DNA of 64,000 bases, taken from assembly GCA_031459385.1 (NCBI GenBank), contig JAVKIP010000004.1, positions 32,001-96,000 on the forward strand. Direction: 5' to 3'. Origin of the DNA: Candidatus Fervidifonticultor secundus. Its GTDB lineage: Bacteria > Sysuimicrobiota > Sysuimicrobiia > Sysuimicrobiales > Humicultoraceae. Position 1 is the first letter of the stretch, and the number at the start of each line of letters is the position of its first letter. Positions 57,944 to 64,000 of this stretch are shown here, in pieces. The translations under genes and the position numbers were made by a program. The notes beneath the pieces are model-generated. The model saw only the letters and a list, made by a program, of their open reading frames with translations. It made no database searches and had not been told where the DNA came from.

Positions 57944-59872
57944 TTGCCCGGCCGCCGTCCGTTCCGCCGTCCCGCCACCCTGCCCACCGCCAGCCTGATC
58001 CTGGGGCTCCTGGCATTCGCGTGGCTGGTCGGGCCCATCGCGGCGCAGCAGCCCGCACCGACCCCGGCGCCATCTCCTGTCCAGACGCCTGCGCCACCTG
58101 CGCCGTCACCGGCACCGTCGCCCGCGCCCAGCCCCGCGCCGTCTCCTGCGCCAACGCCGGCGCCGGTACCATCGCCCACACCGGCGCCCAGCCCGACACC
58201 GCAGCCCAGGATCGTCGAAGTCGTCGTACGGGGCATCGAGCGCGTACCCCAGTCCGTCGTCATGGACTCGGTGGGGGTGCGCGCAGGCGAACTGCTCTCC
58301 GACGAGCGCCTGCGCGCCGACGTCGCGGCCATCATCGCCACCGGGTGGTTCGCCGATGCGAACGTACGGGTGGAACCGGCGGCAGACGGCGTGCGCGTGG
58401 CCTTCATCGTCGTCGAGAATCCCGTCATCGAGGCCATCGCCGTGGAAGGCAACACCGTGGTCCCCACGCCAGAGGTGGAACGGGCGCTGGACGTTCCCAC
58501 GGGTCAGGTGTTGAACATCGTCCGGCTGCGTGACGGCGCGCGTCGCATCGAGCGGCTGTACGAGGAGCGCGGCTATGTCCTGGCCCGCGTGGCCGACATC
58601 GACGTCGCCGGCAACGGCACCGCCCGCCTGCGCCTGCGCATCGCGGAAGGCAAGGTCGAGGCCATCGAGTACAAGGGCCTGACCAAGACCAGGCGCTTCG
58701 TCGTGGAGCGGGGGGCGCTGGTCCGGCCCGGGGTGGTCTTCAACGTCAACGACCTCAACAAGGATCTCCAGCGGCTGTTCAACCTGGATCTGTTCGAGAG
58801 CGTGCAGGCGCGGCCGCGACCGGGCAGCGCCCCCGAGACGGTGATCGTCGAGATCGAGGTGAAGGAGCAGCGCACGCAGCAGGCCCGCTTCGGGCTCGGC
58901 TACAGCGACCGCACCGGCATCGTGGGGTTGGTCGAGTATTCGGAGAAGAACTGGCAGGGGCGCAACCAGTCGCTCACGCTGCGGGTGGAGCGCGGGCTCG
59001 GTGAGCGCAACGTCCCGCTGACCAGTCCGGCCGGCACCAACTTCGCCCTCATCTTCCGGGAGCCGCACCTGGATGCGCGACCCACGGCCATGGAAGTCGC
59101 CCTCTACCAGAACTCCAGTATCGAGCTCGAGTACAGCGGCACCGACGTCTTCTCCCGCTTCCAGCTCGACCGCCTGGGCAGCAGCATCACGTTCACCCGG
59201 CCGCTGGACCCCCAGGTGCTGGTGACGCTGCGCCTGCGGTCGGAGAAGGTGGACATCACGGCGCTGCCCAAGCTCACGACGGATACCTGTCCGCCCGATC
59301 CGTGCACCCCACCGAGCCTCCTCACGCCGGGACGGACCATCGCCCTGGCGCTCGCGGGCGCCCGCGACCGTCGCGACAACCGGCTGAATCCCACCCGGGG
59401 CGACCGCGTCGGGCTCACGCTGGAGGTGGGGCTGCCGGTGCTGGGCGGGGACTTCGGCTACGGGAAGTACATCGCCGAGTACACGCGCTACGTCGCCCTC
59501 GGCCCCGGCGTGCTCGTGGGACGCGTGCTGGGCGGCTGGAGCCACGGAACCCTGCCGCTGCAGGAGCAGTTCCTGCTCGGCGGGCCGTCCACCCTGCGGG
59601 CGTTCAGCTACGGGCAGTTCCGGGGCAACAGCGAGGCGCTGGTGAACCTCGAGTACCGGCTACCGCTGGGCGTCGTGCTCCGGCAGCTGCGGGACATCAC
59701 GGGCGCGCTCTACGTCGACGCCGGCGCCGCGCCGGTCGTCGCGGGCGCGGGCGGGGTGGGCTATGGCGTCGCGGTGATGGTCTCCACCCCGGTTGGGCCG
59801 GTTCGCATCGACTACGCGGTCAACGCGCAGGGAGGACGGCAGACCTGGCTCACCATCGGTCCGCCCTTCTGA
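57944..59872 (+). CDS. bamA: BamA/Omp85 family outer-membrane protein assembly factor
   Basis: TTG start after SD GAGGAGG; signal peptide; about 3 POTRA domains; EKNWQGRNQ, RDNRLNPTRG, FLLGGPSTLRAF, TPVGPVRIDYA; C-terminal Phe. Confidence 0.88.
   Translation: MPGRRPFRRPATLPTASLILGLLAFAWLVGPIAAQQPAPTPAPSPVQTPAPPAPSPAPSPAPSPAPSPAPTPAPVPSPTPAPSPTPQPRIVEVVVRGIERVPQSVVMDSVGVRAGELLSDERLRADVAAIIATGWFADANVRVEPAADGVRVAFIVVENPVIEAIAVEGNTVVPTPEVERALDVPTGQVLNIVRLRDGARRIERLYEERGYVLARVADIDVAGNGTARLRLRIAEGKVEAIEYKGLTKTRRFVVERGALVRPGVVFNVNDLNKDLQRLFNLDLFESVQARPRPGSAPETVIVEIEVKEQRTQQARFGLGYSDRTGIVGLVEYSEKNWQGRNQSLTLRVERGLGERNVPLTSPAGTNFALIFREPHLDARPTAMEVALYQNSSIELEYSGTDVFSRFQLDRLGSSITFTRPLDPQVLVTLRLRSEKVDITALPKLTTDTCPPDPCTPPSLLTPGRTIALALAGARDRRDNRLNPTRGDRVGLTLEVGLPVLGGDFGYGKYIAEYTRYVALGPGVLVGRVLGGWSHGTLPLQEQFLLGGPSTLRAFSYGQFRGNSEALVNLEYRLPLGVVLRQLRDITGALYVDAGAAPVVAGAGGVGYGVAVMVSTPVGPVRIDYAVNAQGGRQTWLTIGPPF
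58046..58207 (+). repeat. Pro-rich tandem (PAPS/PAPT) coding repeat in the BamA N-terminus
   Basis: QQPAPTPAPSPVQTPAPPAPSPAPSPAPSPAPSPAPTPAPVPSPTPAPSPTPQP. Confidence 0.85.
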
Positions 59873-61158
59873 CGGGAGGACCCGCCCGGCGTGCGGTAGC
59901 GGCCCTGGTCGCGGGGGCGGTGCTGGCCGCGGCACTGCCCGTGGCCTGGGCCGCCGAACCCATCCAGCGGGTCGACGTGCGGGTGGTGGTGGCCGGCGGC
60001 GACCCGGCGGCCGCCGTCACCCGCCGCCTGCAGGAGGTCGCGGCGACCGCAGCCGAGCGGCTCCTGCTCGGACGCGACAGCGCGGTGGTCACCCAGCAGC
60101 AGGCGATGCTCGCCGGGGTGCTGCGCGAGGTGATCGACCGCGTGGTGGCCGGGTACCGGGCGCGCGCGGTGAGCTTGCAGCCGGGGGGGACCACCGCGGT
60201 TCTGGTCGGGCTCGAGCCCCAGCCGCCCATCCTCGGCGCCCTCCCGGTGCAGGTGGCCTACGCGGACGTGCACGCCGACGTGCAGCCGCTGGTCCACCGC
60301 ACCCTGGCATCGGCGCTGCCGGAGGCGTCCGCGCTCACGGTCCGGCTGCCCGCCGCGGCCCTGGAGTGGGCGGGCCCCCTGCTGCAGCAGGAGGTCGCCG
60401 CGCTCGTGGAGCGAGCGGTCGCGGGGTTCACCGGCACGGGGCGGGTCGACGGCACCCCGCCGCGGCTCGTGCTCACGGTGCGCGTGCGCGACGCGCGCGT
60501 CGTGCGCGATATCGGCGTGCGGTTTCGGTCGTCCTCGATCCCCTACTGGCTGCTGAACCAGCACACGCCGCAGGTGCTCTCCATGGCCGAGCCGCTGCGG
60601 GGCCTGCCGGTGACCTTCGCCAGCGCGCACCGGACCGAGCTGGAACGGCTCCTGGCCGGGCGCCTGGCCGCCTACCCGCCGGCGGTGGAGTACGGCGTCG
60701 CGGCCCGTCCCCAGGTACAGGTGGCGGAGGTCACATACGTGACGGTCGTCGCCGACTCGACCCTCTACCGCGGGCGCGTAGAAGCCCGGCTCAACCTGGG
60801 CACGCATGCGCCGGTGCCCGACGTGCGCGCGCAGCTCGGCCGGGCGCTGGGGGGCCTGGAGCCGTTCGTCGAGCTCACCCTGATCCCGTCCAATCTGGCC
60901 TGGCGGTGGGCGGTGGGGGTGCGCGTCGAGCTGGGGAGCAGCGTGGCCGTGGGGGTGCGCACGCGACTGGACGGCGAGGACAGCGAGACGTTCCTGCAGT
61001 ACCGCCTCTCGCCGGATCTACAGCTGCGGGCCGGACACTTCGCCCGCGCCGGGCAGGTAGAGACGGCGCTGTCCTACCGGCTCAATGAGTTCGTCTCGTG
61101 GGAGGCGGTGGTCACATCACGGGGCGACATGTGGCTGCGGCTGGTCACGAACCTGTAG
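59869..61158 (+). CDS. Hypothetical exported protein with beta-strand-rich C-terminus (start uncertain: CTG 59869 or GTG 59920)
   Basis: Signal-like AVLAAALPVAWA; alternating hydrophobic strands at the C-terminus; lies between bamA and ompH. Confidence 0.65.
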   Translation: MTGGPARRAVAALVAGAVLAAALPVAWAAEPIQRVDVRVVVAGGDPAAAVTRRLQEVAATAAERLLLGRDSAVVTQQQAMLAGVLREVIDRVVAGYRARAVSLQPGGTTAVLVGLEPQPPILGALPVQVAYADVHADVQPLVHRTLASALPEASALTVRLPAAALEWAGPLLQQEVAALVERAVAGFTGTGRVDGTPPRLVLTVRVRDARVVRDIGVRFRSSSIPYWLLNQHTPQVLSMAEPLRGLPVTFASAHRTELERLLAGRLAAYPPAVEYGVAARPQVQVAEVTYVTVVADSTLYRGRVEARLNLGTHAPVPDVRAQLGRALGGLEPFVELTLIPSNLAWRWAVGVRVELGSSVAVGVRTRLDGEDSETFLQYRLSPDLQLRAGHFARAGQVETALSYRLNEFVSWEAVVTSRGDMWLRLVTNL

Positions 61159-61276
61159 CCGTCGCGCTGCGGCGCGGTTTGCCCGCCTGCGCGGCGCACG
61201 GTAAGGTACAATGGGCCTGTGCAGGGCACGCATGCCGATGCATCGCGTGCCCGCACGGCGAAAGGAGGTCGAAACG

Positions 61277-61726
61277 ATGCGCATTGACGGGCGAAAGGTG
61301 GCGGTGGCGGCCGGGGTGCTGGTGATCGCCGCCGTCGTCGTTGGCCTGCTGATCCAGCGTACGCCTGCGCTCGGCCAGTCGTTTGCCGTCGGGTACGTGG
61401 ATATGCAGCGGGCGCTGGACAACCATCCCCGCAAGGCCAGCTCCGAGCGCGCGCTGCAGGAGTTCTTCCAGGCCAAGCAGCGTGAGTTCCAGGAGCGCAG
61501 CAAGGGCATGACGGCGTTCCAGCGCCAGGAGCTCGACCGCCAGTTGCAGCAGCAGATCCTGGACAAGCGGAGCGAACTGCTGGGCGGGCTGGACCGCGAG
61601 CTGCGCGCCGCGGTCGAGACGGTGGCCAAGCAGTCCGGCGTGACGATCGTGCTCGATCGCTCGGTCGTGCTGTACGGCGGCACCGATCTGACCGACGCGG
61701 TCATCAAGCAGATCAAGGGGAAGTGA
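61277..61726 (+). CDS. ompH: OmpH/Skp family periplasmic chaperone
   Basis: SD AAGGAGG; VGYVDMQRAL...AVETVAKQSGVTIVLDRSVVLYGGTDLTDAVI. Confidence 0.9.
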   Translation: MRIDGRKVAVAAGVLVIAAVVVGLLIQRTPALGQSFAVGYVDMQRALDNHPRKASSERALQEFFQAKQREFQERSKGMTAFQRQELDRQLQQQILDKRSELLGGLDRELRAAVETVAKQSGVTIVLDRSVVLYGGTDLTDAVIKQIKGK

Positions 61727-62865
61727 CGGTGCGACGCGCGGTCCTGGCCGCCGCCGGGCTGGCGGCGGTGGCGCTTGCGGGGGGGTGCCAGCGGCCCGCG
61801 GCGCAGGGGCCGGCTCCCAGGGCGGCCTCCCCGACGCCTGCGGTGGCCCCCACCCCGGCCGCGCCGGCGGTGGGGGTTGTAGATCTCCAGGCCGCGCTGC
61901 GCGCCCACCGCCGCTGGCCACAGCTGGAGGCGCTGCTCAAGAAGATCGAGGCGCTCGAAGTGCGGCTGGCCACCCCCCCGCTCCCGCCGCCGGTGCCGCT
62001 TCGGGACGTCCGCCCCGAGCTGCAGGCCGAGGCAGACCGCCTGGCGGCGGGGTATCGGGCCGAGCTGGCGGCCATGGAGGAGCAGGCCCGCCAGCGACTG
62101 GACGCGTTCGCCGCCGACGTGAAAGCCGAGCAGGAGGCCAAGCTGGCCGAGGAGCACCGGCGCCTCAACGAAGACCTGAGACAGGTGATCGAGGCGAAGC
62201 GCGACGAGATGCAGCGCGAACTGGACCGGTTCGAGGTCCAGACCATGGCGGAGTACCGGATTCCGCTGCTGAACCTGCGGCTGAAGGGCGACGTGGTCGG
62301 CATCGCCAACGAGGAAGAGGCCAGGCGGATCGCCGCCGAGGCCGAGCGCCTCACGAAGGAGCGCGACGAGAAGATCCGGGCCCGGGCCCGGACGCTGGAG
62401 CAGCAGCTCGACGCGTTCCAGAAGGCGCGGACCGCCGAGGCAGAGGCCAGGTTCAAGGAGCTGGTGGCCGCGCTGGAGGAGGAGGGCCGCCAGAAGATCG
62501 AGGCCCGCCAGGCCGAGATGCGCGCCGAGCTGGAGGAGGCCGTGCGGGAGCGGGACCGGCTCCTCCGGCAGGCCGTGGAAGAGCGCCGGCGCCTGCTGGT
62601 CGGCGGGACCGAGGAGCAGATCCGGGTAGCCCAGGAGCAGTACGCGAAACAGCTGCGAACGGAGGGCGCCCGGCTGCGGGCCGAGCTGGAGGCGGTGCAT
62701 CAGGAGCGCCTCCGGCTCGAGGGCACCATGCTGGCCGAGGTCAAGATCGAGGTCGCGACGGTGGCCCAGGAGCAGAAGATCGACGTGGTCCTGGCGCGGG
62801 TCGTGGCCAACGCCCGCGCGGTGGATCTCACCCAGGCGGTCATCGCCCGCCTCCGGCGCCCATGA
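61723..62865 (+). CDS. OmpH-like lipoprotein with extended coiled coil
   Basis: Lipobox LAGGC; VGVVDLQAAL...long E/R/A-rich helix...VATVAQEQKIDVVL...VDLTQAVI. Confidence 0.78.
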   Translation: MTVRRAVLAAAGLAAVALAGGCQRPAAQGPAPRAASPTPAVAPTPAAPAVGVVDLQAALRAHRRWPQLEALLKKIEALEVRLATPPLPPPVPLRDVRPELQAEADRLAAGYRAELAAMEEQARQRLDAFAADVKAEQEAKLAEEHRRLNEDLRQVIEAKRDEMQRELDRFEVQTMAEYRIPLLNLRLKGDVVGIANEEEARRIAAEAERLTKERDEKIRARARTLEQQLDAFQKARTAEAEARFKELVAALEEEGRQKIEARQAEMRAELEEAVRERDRLLRQAVEERRRLLVGGTEEQIRVAQEQYAKQLRTEGARLRAELEAVHQERLRLEGTMLAEVKIEVATVAQEQKIDVVLARVVANARAVDLTQAVIARLRRP

Positions 62866-63320
62866 CGGTGCAAGGGCAGCGCCGCAGCACCGTGCACCGG
62901 CGGGCAGCGGCAGGATCCGTGATGCTGGTGGGTTTCGTGGTGGCCGTGCTGGCCTCGGCGTGCACGGCCGGTCGCGTCGGGCTCGTGGAGACCCGGCGGT
63001 TGCTCACCGAGAGCGCGCTGGCACTGCGCTACCAGAAGGAACTGGACGACCGGGAGCGCGCCATGACCACCGACCTGCAGCTGCTGGCGCGCCAGCTTCC
63101 CCGGGAGGACCTGGAAGCGCGACGGGCCCAGTACATCCGCGAGCTCCAGGTGATGCGGGTCCAGCTCGAGGAGAACCTCAACCGGGCCATCCGCGACGTC
63201 ATCCAGCAGATCGTGCGGGAGAAGCGGCTGCGCGGCGTCATCGTCAAGGGCCCGGTCATCTACAGTCAGCCCGGCAGTACCGTGGACATCACCCAGGAGG
63301 TTATCGACCGGCTCAAGTAG
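62862..63320 (+). CDS. OmpH-like protein (putative lipoprotein)
   Basis: LASAC lipobox; RVGLVETRRLL...VDITQEVIDRLK. Confidence 0.75.
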   Translation: MTVQGQRRSTVHRRAAAGSVMLVGFVVAVLASACTAGRVGLVETRRLLTESALALRYQKELDDRERAMTTDLQLLARQLPREDLEARRAQYIRELQVMRVQLEENLNRAIRDVIQQIVREKRLRGVIVKGPVIYSQPGSTVDITQEVIDRLK

Positions 63321-63332
63321 CCGGGCTATTGC

Positions 63333-64000
63333 ATGAGGCTCGCGGACCTCGCTCGCCTGGCGCGCGCGGAGCTCTCCGGGCCGGGTGACGCGGATATCCA
63401 GGCCGTCACCGACCTGGCGGCTGCACACCCGGCTGCGCTGGTGTTCGTGGCAGACCTTCGCCGCCTGCCCGAGGCCGAAGCGTCCGCTGCCGGCGCGCTG
63501 CTCGTGGCCGCGGACGCGCCGCCGGTGCGCAAGCCGGCCTTGCGTGCCCCAAACGCCCGCGCCGCCTTCGCCAGGGTGCTGGCGGCGTTCGCGCCCGCGC
63601 CGCCCATCGGGCAGGGGATCCACCCTACGGCCGTGGTGGCGCCCGACGCCCGTCTGGGGGCGGACGTCACGGTGGGTCCGTTCGTCACCATCGGCCCGGG
63701 TGCGGTTGTCGGTCCTCGCACCGTCCTGGACGCTGGCGTGGTCGTGGGGGCGGAGGTCGAAATCGGTGCCGACTGTCGCCTCTATCCTGGCGTTGTCCTC
63801 TACCCGCGCTCGAGGCTGGGCGACCGCGTGATCGTGCACGCGGGCGCCGTGCTGGGCGCAGACGGCTTCGGCTACGCCGCCGACGACGAGGGAGCCGTAA
63901 AGATCCCGCACCTCGGCCGGGTCGTGGTCGAGGACGACGTCGAGATCGGTGCCAACACCTGCGTGGATCGGGCCACGCTCGGCGAGACCCGGATTGGCCG
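63333..64000 (+). CDS. lpxD: UDP-3-O-acylglucosamine N-acyltransferase LpxD (runs off window)
   Basis: Translated by hand: MRLADLA...GIHPTAVV, hexapeptide repeats, [37 protein letters not shown]. Confidence 0.93.
   Translation, partial: MRLADLARLARAELSGPGDADIQAVTDLAAAHPAALVFVADLRRLPEAEASAAGALLVAADAPPVRKPALRAPNARAAFARVLAAFAPAPPIGQGIHPTAVVAPDARLGADVTVGPFVTIGPGAVVGPRTVLDAGVVVGAEVEIGADCRLYPGVVLYPRSRLGDRVIVHAGAVLGADGFGYAADDEGAVKIPHLGRVVVEDDVEIGANTCVDRATLGETRIG

Noticed and set aside
1..64000. Genome-wide UGA reassignment
   Set aside because: TGA terminates many genes normally (including ATGA/TGATG overlaps); only one in-frame TGA at a conserved Cys was seen

Overview
High-GC bacterial chromosome segment, densely coding and mostly on the + strand. 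No CRISPR array, IS element, prophage or rRNA was seen. The BamA/TamB/OmpH/LpxD cluster with SpoIVB-type S55 peptidases suggests a diderm Terrabacteria lineage (Armatimonadota/CSP1-3-like; inference). Content: amino-acid/peptide catabolism and transport genes, speD, cspA, a PerR/DtxR pair divergent from an Fe3+ ABC transporter, a sulfur/cysteine operon, an ECF sigma/anti-sigma pair, tRNA-Gln(TTG), glmU-prs-wecA-wecB and the start of an outer-membrane biogenesis cluster. Best leads: (1) an M20D amidohydrolase with an in-frame TGA exactly at the metal-bridging Cys (HA-U-GHDGH), followed by a SECIS-like hairpin, i.e. a candidate selenoprotein hydrolase; (2) a cysO-cysM-mec operon with its own SbnI/SerK-like serine kinase, with TrpB2 nearby as a second possible O-phosphoserine consumer; (3) a MoaD/ubiquitin-like domain read in frame into an AlaX editing protein; (4) two alternative-sigma promoter motifs readable from the intergenic DNA (GGAAN-N18-GTT and AGGA-N17-GAA).
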